Origin: a virus
Taxonomy: Duplodnaviria > Heunggongvirae > Uroviricota > Caudoviricetes
Reading direction: 5' to 3' (one strand)
DNA: 43,981 nt
IMG/VR virus record: IMGVR_UViG_3300045988_012512
Coordinates: 1-43,981 of that record
Position numbers and translations under genes: made by a program. The notes under the pieces were generated by a model. It did not search any database and was not told the origin of the DNA. It was given only the letters and a program-made list of their open reading frames with translations. Positions within the stretch are counted from its first letter, which is position 1, and every line of letters starts with the position of its first letter. Positions 9,318-18,231 of the stretch are shown piece after piece.

Positions 9318-10448
9318 ATGGCCCAGAAGAAAATAACCGACGAACAGTTACAGGAAGAATTGAACGCCGGGATGAAGAATGTAGACATCGCCCGTAAATA
9401 CGGCATCTCAGACCGCGTTATTCGTATCCGTAAAGCGAAGCTGGCTAAGAAAGGCGTAGGTCACGGGCGAGACGTTAGTCACCTTGTGCCCGATGGCTAC
9501 AAGATTAAGGGTACATCGTCTCTGGTGGACGAGTTCGGCAACACTAAGTTGCAATGGGTTAAGACCGACACCGATGCCGAACGTCAGGTAGAGTTGATGA
9601 AAGCCGTAATCGAAGGAATGAAATCAGAGATTACGCCAGTCGCCCCTGTTAAAGCGGCACGCGCCAAACGTGACGATAAACTACTCAATCTTTACACTGT
9701 GTCTGATTTTCATCTCGGTATGCTGGCATGGGCCGATGAGAGCGGCGACGACTGGGATATGAAGATTGCAGAAGACCTGTTCTCTCGATGGTTCGACGCG
9801 GCGTTTCAGAAAGCACCGGACGCGGGAACAGGAGTTATTAACCTTCTGGGCGACCTCGCTCACTTCGATAGTCTGGATGCAGTTACACCTGCAAGCGGGC
9901 ATGTTCTTGATGCGGACACGCGCTATCAGAAACTTGTACGCTATATGATTCGGATGGTCCGCCGTGTCATTGATATGGCGCTGGTTAAGCATAAAAATGT
10001 TCGCTTGCTTATCGTGCAAGGGAACCACGACGAAAGCGGAATGATTTGGTTGGCTGAGATGTTCAGTACGCTGTATGACAACGAGCCGCGGGTGTTCGTC
10101 GATACGTCGCCGGATGTTTACAAGATGGTGCAACACGGCAAAACGACGCTGTTCTTTCATCACGGTCACAAAGCACGCTTCGACGCTATCGAACCAGTTA
10201 TGATTGCCAAGTTCCGCAAAGCGTTCGGCGAGAGTATTTACAGCTACGCCCACGTAGGCCATCTGCACCACCAGAAGATTGTAGAAAGCCGTAACATGAT
10301 TGTTGAGCAACACCGCACCTTAGCGGCTAAAGACGCCTACGCCTCTCGCGGCGGATGGATGTCGGGCCGCAGTGCAAATGTAATTACTTATAGCGCCGAA
10401 TATGGCGAGGTCGCACGTTTAACTATTTCACCGGAGATGCTGGGATGA
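9318..10448 (+). CDS. HTH domain fused to calcineurin-like (SbcD/Mre11-type) metallophosphoesterase
   Basis: N-terminal HTH (VDIARKYGISDRVIRIRKAKL); five phosphoesterase motifs SDFHLG, GDLAHFD, GNHDE, HHGH, GHLHH. Confidence 0.75.
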   Translation: MAQKKITDEQLQEELNAGMKNVDIARKYGISDRVIRIRKAKLAKKGVGHGRDVSHLVPDGYKIKGTSSLVDEFGNTKLQWVKTDTDAERQVELMKAVIEGMKSEITPVAPVKAARAKRDDKLLNLYTVSDFHLGMLAWADESGDDWDMKIAEDLFSRWFDAAFQKAPDAGTGVINLLGDLAHFDSLDAVTPASGHVLDADTRYQKLVRYMIRMVRRVIDMALVKHKNVRLLIVQGNHDESGMIWLAEMFSTLYDNEPRVFVDTSPDVYKMVQHGKTTLFFHHGHKARFDAIEPVMIAKFRKAFGESIYSYAHVGHLHHQKIVESRNMIVEQHRTLAAKDAYASRGGWMSGRSANVITYSAEYGEVARLTISPEMLG

Positions 10449-10933
10449 AAGATATTGTAATTTTCGATTTAGACGGGACATTGGCCGACGGTACCCATCG
10501 CTTACACCTGTTACCAAAAGATAACTACGGAGAAACGTGGGCGTGGAAGCCATTTAACATGGCCTGCAAAGATGACGCTCCGATATACGACAATATCCAT
10601 TTGTGTAGCGTACTGTGGCATTCCGGACTTACTATAATTATCCTTACCGGGCGAAGTGATGACGCTGAGGAGGAGACTCGCGAATGGTTACGAGAGAATA
10701 ACGTTAGGTTTGACACGCTAATCATGCGCAGCAAACACGACAACAGAAAAGACATCGTAATTAAAGAAGAGGTGTTGCGTGCTTTCGGACTGGAAAGAAT
10801 CTTGTGTGCGTTCGACGACTCTCCAGCGGTAATAAAGCATTTCCGTGACCTCGGCATAACCGCACACGCAGTTACCGAATACGACTGTAACGGGAACTCT
10901 ACACACTTAAAACCACACGGGAGCGATAAATAA
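10445..10933 (+). CDS. HAD-superfamily phosphatase (T4 polynucleotide kinase 3'-phosphatase-domain-like)
   Basis: FDLDGTLA, IIILTGRSDD, RKDIVIKEEVL and DDSPAV motifs; ATGA overlap with the upstream gene. Confidence 0.7.
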   Translation: MKDIVIFDLDGTLADGTHRLHLLPKDNYGETWAWKPFNMACKDDAPIYDNIHLCSVLWHSGLTIIILTGRSDDAEEETREWLRENNVRFDTLIMRSKHDNRKDIVIKEEVLRAFGLERILCAFDDSPAVIKHFRDLGITAHAVTEYDCNGNSTHLKPHGSDK

Positions 10934-11487
10934 TGGCTAAGGTAATTATTCTTAATGGCCCTGCGGGTTGCGGGAAAGACACGCTTGCTATGGCGCTGGT
11001 AGAAATGGGCTTTGCGAAAGGAACTACCAGTTTCAAGAATCCAATGTTCAATATTGCTTTGGCAGCGTTAGGCCAGGATGCTTACCACGAATTTCTCGAC
11101 GGCTACGACGACCGGGCGCGGAAAGAAAAACCCGAGGGTTTTCTTAATGGGTTGTCCCGCCGCCAGTTAATGATTGCCATTTCTGAGCAATTCATTAAAC
11201 CGGTATTCGGCGATGATTATTTCGGTAAGTATCTTGCTGAAAACTTGCCTGACGGCGACGAAGTTTTTGTAGTGTCCGACGGTGGATTCGCCAGTGAAGT
11301 TGCCCCTATCGTCGCCGCGGGGCATGACGTGCGAATCGTCCGCCTCCATCGTGACGGCTATACGTTCATCGGCGATAGCCGTGGCTATCTGTACGATGTT
11401 AGTGGTGTAAAAGATTACGACACCTACATCATACCGGGTGACGTTAAATCGAACGTTATAGACATTGCTTTAAAATTAGGTTTGTAA
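10933..11487 (+). CDS. deoxynucleoside monophosphate kinase (T4 gene 1-like P-loop kinase)
   Basis: Walker A GPAGCGKDT; further blocks resemble T4 dNMP kinase; TAATG overlap with the HAD gene. Confidence 0.65.
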   Translation: MAKVIILNGPAGCGKDTLAMALVEMGFAKGTTSFKNPMFNIALAALGQDAYHEFLDGYDDRARKEKPEGFLNGLSRRQLMIAISEQFIKPVFGDDYFGKYLAENLPDGDEVFVVSDGGFASEVAPIVAAGHDVRIVRLHRDGYTFIGDSRGYLYDVSGVKDYDTYIIPGDVKSNVIDIALKLGL

Positions 11488-11491
11488 GAAA

Positions 11492-11518
11492 AAGGCCCCG
11501 AAAGGGGCCTTAGTTTTA
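11492..11518. terminator. bidirectional intrinsic terminator (AAGGCCCC-GAAA-GGGGCCTT)
   Basis: 8-bp GC stem flanked by A-run and T-run; lies between convergent genes. Confidence 0.7.
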
Positions 11519-12688
11519 TGCGTAGGTGATACGCTGGATAACAATAGACGACTGGTACTGGTTGCCAGTAGCCTGGCCTTCAATGGACTGAGTGATTGAC
11601 TCGGGTCCGCCAATCTCTGGTGTTACTGCTGTAAGCTCTGCGCGTTTCAAACTGAAAGACATCGCCCCGTTTACCCCAGCCAGAATAGAGTTAATCTCTA
11701 CCTGCTGTTCGTTGATAAACTTCTGGATCATCGCCATGTCGTACAGCTTGCCAGAGATAGAGAATGTGTTAGCTGCGCGTCCACGTTCGACGAACGCCAC
11801 GCTACTGTTACCGAGTTCGAACTGCGCGGAAGCTCCGTTGTCGTTGGTGATGGTGAGAGTATCGCAACGCAACGGCGTGGAGCCATCGAACACCGACACA
11901 TCTACCGACGAGAACGGCTCATCGGTGAACGTAACCTGAGAGAAATCAGAGCCAGACGGCGGCGCGGTAAGAATCTCCTGACTCAGGCCGATGAACGGGA
12001 AGCTGCCGGTGACCATGGCGTTAACCGCCTGCTCTACGGTAAAGCCAGAGATTTCCACACCTTTGGTCAGCATGTACGCGTCCGGGTTACCACACTGGCC
12101 CTTGAACCACGTCAGGATGGAGAACGTCTTACACGCGTTACCGGTTTCCAGCTTGTCGCCAGTTTTTGCGTCAGTGGTTACTGTCTCTGCTGTCAGCGTG
12201 TGCTGAATACCTGCGCCCGTAACTACCAGAGCGGAAACCGCGGTCACGATAAACGGTTTTGCGTTGTCGCCGGTTAAGTCGGTGAACGCAATCAGGTCGC
12301 CAACTTCTACACCGTCAGTAATGAAGCTACCGGCAGCGCGGGTGAATGTTTTACCTGCTGGGGCGACCGTAATTTCGGCGCCAGTAATCTCTACCCCAGC
12401 TTGCCACGTAGAAGTCATCGCTCCCGCAAGGAAATCATCCTGGCTACGAGAGCTAAGTTCGATGGCGTACTCCCCGCTAACCTGTTTGTTACCGGTTCGG
12501 ATGGATGTAGTTTCACGGCTGCCGTCTAGTTCGTTGGAAGTCAGCGCATCGCGGGTTACGGCAGGAACACCGCCAGTGTTACGCAACGGCGACCAGACAG
12601 GGTTAGCCGGTGTTACGCCCGGGGTAGTTTCCGCCACATAGAATTGCGCGGTATTCGCGCCCTTAAAAGGAGTTGTAGCCATATTCAC
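11516..12688 (-). CDS. major tail (tube) protein
   Basis: 390-aa ORF between neck genes and chaperones, followed by a terminator. Confidence 0.6.
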   Translation of the reverse strand: MNMATTPFKGANTAQFYVAETTPGVTPANPVWSPLRNTGGVPAVTRDALTSNELDGSRETTSIRTGNKQVSGEYAIELSSRSQDDFLAGAMTSTWQAGVEITGAEITVAPAGKTFTRAAGSFITDGVEVGDLIAFTDLTGDNAKPFIVTAVSALVVTGAGIQHTLTAETVTTDAKTGDKLETGNACKTFSILTWFKGQCGNPDAYMLTKGVEISGFTVEQAVNAMVTGSFPFIGLSQEILTAPPSGSDFSQVTFTDEPFSSVDVSVFDGSTPLRCDTLTITNDNGASAQFELGNSSVAFVERGRAANTFSISGKLYDMAMIQKFINEQQVEINSILAGVNGAMSFSLKRAELTAVTPEIGGPESITQSIEGQATGNQYQSSIVIQRITYA

Positions 12689-13101
12689 AGCCTCTTGGTG
12701 AATGCAATAAAGTTAATTGACAATGGTCTTTTGGCCCATCCGTTTTCTACAATCAGCGGCCCCAGGCTAACCGATTGAACCTCGGCGCAGATGTCGTTAC
12801 GTGAAAATGACTTACCTGCTTTAAACGCCGTGTTAAGTAAGTCTGCCATTTTATTGATTGGCGCGCTACCTTTCACCGATGCGCAGTTAATGTCTACCTG
12901 ATAAACACCTGAGCGTTGTTCAGTGAAGAACAAGTCTGCCTGTTCCGTATCTGCCAGCAACATGTAACTTGCCAGATACGGCGTATCGGTTGACGTCGGC
13001 GCGTCGATGTTTTCAAGCGCGACCTTGATGCCGTTGGTTGTCCCGAAGGCTACCAGCGGCACGTCGAACGCTTTGGTTAAGTCCTCAAAGTAGCCCATCA
13101 T
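12685..13101 (-). CDS. tail terminator / neck protein
   Basis: 138-aa ORF immediately upstream of the major tail gene, overlapping its neighbours. Confidence 0.4.
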   Translation of the reverse strand: MMGYFEDLTKAFDVPLVAFGTTNGIKVALENIDAPTSTDTPYLASYMLLADTEQADLFFTEQRSGVYQVDINCASVKGSAPINKMADLLNTAFKAGKSFSRNDICAEVQSVSLGPLIVENGWAKRPLSINFIAFTKRL

Positions 13102-13493
13102 TTCACCTTATTGGCTTCTTCATTAATTAGTTGCTGGAAGCGTGACACGTTAGTCCTGACCATGCCTTGCGGGGCCTGTTGCGACCAACCGTACTCAAGA
13201 GGTTGGGCGTACGGCAGGTTATTAGTCAGCGTGAACTCGTGCCAGTCTGCGGCTTTCAGCACAAAACTAGTGGCGTTTCCTATTGCGATGTTACCAGACT
13301 TGTCGGTAGCGTCTGTAGTTCCTGAAGCGGGGGTTCCTCCCGACGCCATCCAGTTCATACGAAAACGCCCTTTGTCTACCGGACTCGCCTTTATAATAGC
13401 GGAAAACAGCTTGATAGACACCTGACGCATCACCGTTTCAGGATTCTTCTTCGCCTTCTCGACGAACTTAGAGACATCAAGCGCGAAACTCAT
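13098..13493 (-). CDS. tail completion / head-tail adaptor protein
   Basis: 131-aa ORF in the neck cluster. Confidence 0.4.
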   Translation of the reverse strand: MSFALDVSKFVEKAKKNPETVMRQVSIKLFSAIIKASPVDKGRFRMNWMASGGTPASGTTDATDKSGNIAIGNATSFVLKAADWHEFTLTNNLPYAQPLEYGWSQQAPQGMVRTNVSRFQQLINEEANKVK

Positions 13494-13849
13494 TTTCTCA
13501 CCTGAATGAAGTAGGCCACAACATCATCGTTAACCATCTTCTTCTCGATGGCTACTACTGACCATTGCTCGCCGCCGAATTGCACCTTGTCTTCCATTTT
13601 CGGAACGACGCTGTAATCGGCTTTAACAATCATGTCTCCGGCCTGAATGGTTGTACCGTTAACTAAACCTGCGTTAACCGGAACAGGCGCGGCTTTCAAC
13701 GGCAGCACTTCATCCGCAGACCAGACGTATTCACCGAGAACCTCATCCCACACTTTCGAGCCAGCGCGAACCAGAGATACCGCGCTGCCGAATTTGGTTA
13801 GCAGGCGTGTACCCACGCCCTGCATACGTTTACTAAAGGCGGTGCTCAT
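13490..13849 (-). CDS. head-tail joining protein
   Basis: Likely start at internal ATG 13849 (overlaps upstream stop); ORF track extends to 13903. Confidence 0.4.
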   Translation of the reverse strand: MSTAFSKRMQGVGTRLLTKFGSAVSLVRAGSKVWDEVLGEYVWSADEVLPLKAAPVPVNAGLVNGTTIQAGDMIVKADYSVVPKMEDKVQFGGEQWSVVAIEKKMVNDDVVAYFIQVRK

Positions 13850-14463
13850 TACGCAGCCTCCAGTCTCGAGATAACCAGTAACGCAGAAGGTGCTGTACCC
13901 CACGCGGTTACGGTCGCGGCCTGTGGGTATACACCGCCGAAGTTCGTCCCGGCACTGTCACGCATAATCTGAACGGCAAATGTTTGCCCGGCGGTTGGAT
14001 TAATCACCACACGGGATTCAATAGGGATGGTGGTTTCCGCGCTAACCAGTTTCGTAGCTGCCGGTGAGCCGTATTGCGTGCCGTTAACCAGAATGCGTGA
14101 CAACAAGATAGACGTACCACTGGCTCCGGTGCGCCCGGCCTGTAACTTGATGCGAACGGCATAGTTACCGGCTGTGTTGAAAGTTACCAGACCTGCGGCG
14201 TTAATCATAACCGGGTCGGAGGCGCTACCTTGCGCGGCACCGAAGGTTAGCTGCAACGCGGTATCGACCGCGGACGGAGCCTGGACGACAGTAGACGCAG
14301 CGCGAAGCACCTCAACCTCTTTCACGCCAGGAGTGGCATAAATAGGCGAGTCAGCCATTTGAGTGAGAACACCGCGTAACTTCTCCGGGGGGATTAACCC
14401 GGTTGTGTTATCTGGCAATTCAGACCCGATTAGCGCAAATATCTCTGTTTTAGTCTTCGCCAT
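13849..14463 (-). CDS. putative virion structural protein
   Basis: 204-aa Ala/Thr-rich ORF in the neck cluster. Confidence 0.35.
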   Translation of the reverse strand: MAKTKTEIFALIGSELPDNTTGLIPPEKLRGVLTQMADSPIYATPGVKEVEVLRAASTVVQAPSAVDTALQLTFGAAQGSASDPVMINAAGLVTFNTAGNYAVRIKLQAGRTGASGTSILLSRILVNGTQYGSPAATKLVSAETTIPIESRVVINPTAGQTFAVQIMRDSAGTNFGGVYPQAATVTAWGTAPSALLVISRLEAA

Positions 14464-14465
14464 TT

Positions 14466-14978
14466 TTAACCCCGGTACACGTTAAACGAGAAGCCATTGT
14501 TAAGGCCGCCGCAAAGAAGCGGGCGCAAGGCATCATCCGCTGCGGTGATTGATGTAGTAGCGCCAGAGCTGCCGTTGTTGAAGTAGGTGACTGTTACCGC
14601 GCCCTCTACGCGCTCGGTCTGTACTGAACGCCCGTCTGAGTTGGCACGTACCTCTGTGCCAGAACCGTATGTTACAGAGGCGATTACCTGAGCAAGAATT
14701 ACCTGCTTAGGAATTACATTATTAGCCACAGGGAAGCCGTTCAGCGTTACCCCGGTTCGCGGGTACGCCAGTGACTGCTCGGCGGACACACGGCGACCAC
14801 ACATCTGCGGTTCAGACAGGCCAACATAAGTAGCGCCGTTGCGCAGGGCCACCTCTGCGGCAGTATCGTCCGCAGGCAACTCCAGACCGTAATTAGCCGC
14901 TAACGCGCGGGCGTCAGCCAGACTAACGTAACTGTCAGCGTCAGGTACTATCGACCCGTCTTCCACGATTAGCGGCAT
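14466..14978 (-). CDS. head-tail connector / head completion protein
   Basis: 170-aa ORF downstream of capsid genes. Confidence 0.4.
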   Translation of the reverse strand: MPLIVEDGSIVPDADSYVSLADARALAANYGLELPADDTAAEVALRNGATYVGLSEPQMCGRRVSAEQSLAYPRTGVTLNGFPVANNVIPKQVILAQVIASVTYGSGTEVRANSDGRSVQTERVEGAVTVTYFNNGSSGATTSITAADDALRPLLCGGLNNGFSFNVYRG

Positions 14979-14981
14979 AAA

Positions 14982-15161
14982 TTATTCCTCTGACTTACGG
15001 CGACGACGCTTGGCACCACCGCCGTTGTTGTGCGCTTCTTCGTTGTCCGGTTGAGCTGCGACCAGTTCATCAGCTTCTACCACACCGCGAACAGGCATCA
15101 CCTGACCGTCAACAACATCAACGTGGGTGTACTTTTCGCGGATTACATAATTATCTGCCAT
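14982..15161 (-). CDS. small protein with basic C-terminal tail (59 aa)
   Basis: ATG at 15161..15159; MADNYVIREKYTHVDV...KRRRRKSEE; below the ORF-track size cutoff. Confidence 0.3.
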   Translation of the reverse strand: MADNYVIREKYTHVDVVDGQVMPVRGVVEADELVAAQPDNEEAHNNGGGAKRRRRKSEE

Positions 15162-15197
15162 GGCCTTTCCTTATTACGGCCCCGAAGGGCCGTTGCA

Positions 15198-15551
15198 TTA
15201 AGATACAGTTACTACGGAGCTACTGGAGATAATATTACCATATACATCCTGAACAACCACTTTATACGTACCGGAATCGGTAGACGCGACGGTGGTTGAT
15301 TTGGTGTACGTAGCTGCTGTAGCGCCTGCGATGGCGTTATTATCCTTGAACCACTGATAGGAATAAGGAGCCAGCCCACCGGTCGCCACAACGGTAAGGG
15401 TTAACGCGTTAGGTGCGGTAACCGCGGTAGTAGCCGCAAGCGGGGTAGAAAAAGATGCTGGTGAGATATTTGCCATGTCGATTTCAACCTGACCGTCGGC
15501 AGGAGAATCATCAGAAACACCGGTAATACGACGCTTGATTACATCAACCAT
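15198..15551 (-). CDS. Ig-like domain protein (capsid decoration candidate)
   Basis: C-terminal Ig-like signature PYSYQWFKDN...GTYKVVVQDVYGN. Confidence 0.5.
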   Translation of the reverse strand: MVDVIKRRITGVSDDSPADGQVEIDMANISPASFSTPLAATTAVTAPNALTLTVVATGGLAPYSYQWFKDNNAIAGATAATYTKSTTVASTDSGTYKVVVQDVYGNIISSSSVVTVS

Positions 15552-15562
15552 TTTTAATCTCC

Positions 15563-15817
15563 TTATGATTCGATTACACCGGCGGCGCGTAGTTGCGCCA
15601 GAAGTGCATTTAGTTTAGTGCCTACGGCGTTAACCGCGGTCTGTGCGGACGTAGCAACCGCGGCGACATCCCCACCAGTAACGGTTTGCGTACCGATGTT
15701 CGCTACCGCAGCACCCTTCTTAACCAGTCCGGCGGTTTCTGCCGTTGCTTCTGGCACAACATTACTGAAATCGGTGTTCTCAAGGCTGCGAGGCAAGCCT
15801 TTTCCGGTCTTAGCCAT
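15563..15817 (-). CDS. small Ala-rich structural protein
   Basis: 84-aa ORF with AAGAGGT RBS, directly downstream of the capsid gene terminator. Confidence 0.35.
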   Translation of the reverse strand: MAKTGKGLPRSLENTDFSNVVPEATAETAGLVKKGAAVANIGTQTVTGGDVAAVATSAQTAVNAVGTKLNALLAQLRAAGVIES

Positions 15818-15837
15818 AATTTACCTCTTAGTAAAAG

Positions 15838-15860
15838 AAAAGGGGACCGAAGTCCCCTTA
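15838..15860 (-). terminator. intrinsic terminator after the major capsid gene
   Basis: Minus strand reads AAGGGGACTTCGGTCCCCTT followed by a T-run. Confidence 0.6.
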
Positions 15861-15875
15861 GATTATACATACAAA

Positions 15876-16925
15876 TTAAGCACCAACACCAGTTACCAGG
15901 AAGGCAATAGGTACATGCTTACGGTCAACAACACGGTTCCAGTTGGAGGCGTTCGCCAGGTCCTGCCAGGAAGCAGAGCGGGCGATAGTCTCGGTCCCGT
16001 TGCCAGTGATTACCGCGCTGGTGAAGCTGTAACCAAACGGATGCAGCAACCAGGTCTTACGGGTCCACAGGGTTTCAACGCCACCACCGTTACCACGAGA
16101 CGCTTCGCGTTCGTATTCCAGCGGGTTAGACGGGTTGCCCTCGCCGTAACCGATAGCACCGTTACCGAAGATGATGGAGATGAACTTACGGCTCGGGCCG
16201 GTGCCGACTACGGTCATGCTGTCGTCAACAATCACGCGGTAGCCCTGGTAAGTAGCAAACATGGTGTTGTTATCGGCGTCGCGGATGAAGTCGATAAGCT
16301 GCTGTTTACGTGCCTGCGCATATACGAAGCTGTGCATCGCGATAGCGCCCAACACTTCACCGCCGTTGCCCATCAGCGCATCACCCATAGTCTGGGTAGC
16401 GTCGATGAACGCGCCCGAGTCGAAGCCCAGGGTGGCGGACACGTCCACTACCATGTCGTTCTGCTCGTGGTATGCGTCGGTAGCGGCTACGTTGTCGTTG
16501 TACAGACCGAGCGCGGTAGCAATCAGACGGCGTTGTGCCTGACGCTGCCAGAAGTTATCCAGACGGGACGCTACGGATTGCAGCGGGTTCTGGCTGGTCA
16601 GTTCAACAGTCAAATCCGCCTGGCCGAAACCTTCGTTCAGATAAGCCACGCGAACATCCATCTCACCGGTTTGCACGTTACGTGGGGTGGCGACATCCTG
16701 ATACACATCGTTCGAGTAGTTCGGTTCGATAGAGGTATCAATCGCTTTCCAGTACGGCAGAACAGCTTTGTTGGACGGGCCGTTTGCGATAGCGGCGGCG
16801 TACGGAGTCGAGGTAAGGATACCGGACTGGAAGAACGCGGTTTTCTCTACCGGGTCCTCTGTCATGTAGGACAGGATTACCGATTCTTTACCAGTTACGA
16901 TATCGCCGATAGTAGTAATTGCCAT
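15876..16925 (-). CDS. major capsid protein
   Basis: 349-aa ORF downstream of scaffold and followed by a terminator. Confidence 0.75.
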   Translation of the reverse strand: MAITTIGDIVTGKESVILSYMTEDPVEKTAFFQSGILTSTPYAAAIANGPSNKAVLPYWKAIDTSIEPNYSNDVYQDVATPRNVQTGEMDVRVAYLNEGFGQADLTVELTSQNPLQSVASRLDNFWQRQAQRRLIATALGLYNDNVAATDAYHEQNDMVVDVSATLGFDSGAFIDATQTMGDALMGNGGEVLGAIAMHSFVYAQARKQQLIDFIRDADNNTMFATYQGYRVIVDDSMTVVGTGPSRKFISIIFGNGAIGYGEGNPSNPLEYEREASRGNGGGVETLWTRKTWLLHPFGYSFTSAVITGNGTETIARSASWQDLANASNWNRVVDRKHVPIAFLVTGVGA

Positions 16926-17683
16926 TATTTTTTCCTCAGGGCTTTAAGTTGCCGTTCAAATTCGGCAGGGTTCGATTCGTACAGAGCGATACGCTCCGCT
17001 TCACTCATGTCTTTAAACGCTGGTGCGGCCCCGCCGCCTTTGCTACCGGAAGCCCCGCCGCCGGAAGCTGCATTTGCTTTAATCAAATGCGAAAACGCTT
17101 TGTGTTCGCGCAGGTATTTGCGGAACTGTTCCGGGTCAGTCGTGATTACGTTGCCATCTGCACCGACAAACTTAGTAACCACGTCATCACCCTCGAACTC
17201 AGTCTTAACGAACGGAGCAAGAATGTCTACTGCTTCCGGGGTAATAAAATCACCTGCGAAAGAGCCTAACACCGCTTTACGTTCGCTGCCGAGGATGCGC
17301 TCTGCCATTTTGGAGATGCGACCATCTTTCTCGGCTAACACCGGGTCATACTGGCTACGAATCGTCTTTTCGAACTCGTCCATCTTACCGGCGGCTTTTA
17401 GCGCCTCCTGGTGCGCGCGCTGACGTTCCTCTTCGGCCTCTTTTGCTTTACGGGCGGCTTCTTTCTTCTCCGCCAGCAATGCTTCCTGATTGGCCTTAAG
17501 TCCGGCAACTTCTTTCTCAATCATCGCCTGAACTTCTTCAGCGGTGAACATTTTTGGAGCGTCGCCACCGCCAGATTTATCTTCTGCCCCAGCTTCTTCC
17601 TGGAACGGATAGTGTAAAAAACGATTCATAGTCAGTATGTCCCCTGGACGTTGGAATCCGGGCCTCCCGGATTTACATGTCAA
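16925..17683 (-). CDS. scaffolding protein
   Basis: Charged, helical, coiled-coil-rich ORF directly upstream of the capsid gene; real start may be the ATG at 17629. Confidence 0.55.
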   Translation of the reverse strand: MTCKSGRPGFQRPGDILTMNRFLHYPFQEEAGAEDKSGGGDAPKMFTAEEVQAMIEKEVAGLKANQEALLAEKKEAARKAKEAEEERQRAHQEALKAAGKMDEFEKTIRSQYDPVLAEKDGRISKMAERILGSERKAVLGSFAGDFITPEAVDILAPFVKTEFEGDDVVTKFVGADGNVITTDPEQFRKYLREHKAFSHLIKANAASGGGASGSKGGGAAPAFKDMSEAERIALYESNPAEFERQLKALRKK

Positions 17684-17711
17684 GAATAAATTATTCCAAC
17701 ATACAAGGCAA

Positions 17712-17975
17712 CTATTCCAGAATATTCCTCACGTAATCCTGCAACATGAACACTTTCAGTCTCAGTTGCCGTGTGCATTCGGCGTTCTGAACGTCGATGG
17801 CTAAATCCTCGTCAGCGTCGCTACTTGGCGGTGCCAGTTTGCACGGTGGTTGCATCATCGTCGTATCCGGGGATGGAATTGGCGTTTGCAACGGCGCGGG
17901 ACTTGAGCAGGACGCGAGCATCATCGAAAGTGCACACGCTGCGACCAGGCGTTTTAATGTACTTAACGACTTCAC
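17712..17975 (-). CDS. o-spanin (Rz1-like outer-membrane lipoprotein)
   Basis: Signal peptide with lipobox LAS-C, Pro-rich mature part; start embedded in the i-spanin gene. Confidence 0.7.
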   Translation of the reverse strand: MKSLSTLKRLVAACALSMMLASCSSPAPLQTPIPSPDTTMMQPPCKLAPPSSDADEDLAIDVQNAECTRQLRLKVFMLQDYVRNILE

Positions 17976-18207
17976 GTGTAATTACCTCTGATTTCGTCTT
18001 ACCTTCGTTGTCAGCGGCTGCGGCCTTTGATTCATCCTGCTGCTGCCGTTGTGTTTTCTTCGCTAGCTCAGCCTGTGCTTTCTGCTGTTGCTGCGAAACG
18101 AGATTAGCACGGCCTTCACCCCAGCCGCTGCGGTATTGATAGATGCCGTGTGCGTAGGCCAGGACGACGAAACATGCTCCGGCTACGACAGTTGCTTTAA
18201 GATTCAT
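17821..18207 (-). CDS. i-spanin (Rz-like)
   Basis: N-terminal transmembrane helix then Gln/Ala-rich coiled coil; overlapped architecture with the o-spanin. Confidence 0.65.
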   Translation of the reverse strand: MNLKATVVAGACFVVLAYAHGIYQYRSGWGEGRANLVSQQQQKAQAELAKKTQRQQQDESKAAAADNEGKTKSEVITREVVKYIKTPGRSVCTFDDARVLLKSRAVANANSIPGYDDDATTVQTGTAK

Positions 18208-18231
18208 GTTTCCCCTTTCTCGATAAGTAAA

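Noticed and set aside
15618-17423. 601-aa plus-strand ORF
   Set aside because: Lies entirely antisense to the major capsid and scaffold genes and crosses a terminator hairpin and gene boundaries; low-complexity sequence without motifs. Most likely a stop-free antisense frame produced by codon bias.
17640-17670. Hairpin GGAATCCGGGCCTCCCGGATT between o-spanin and scaffold genes as a terminator
   Set aside because: No T-run follows the stem on the transcribed strand; more likely an mRNA structural element, with no supportable function.
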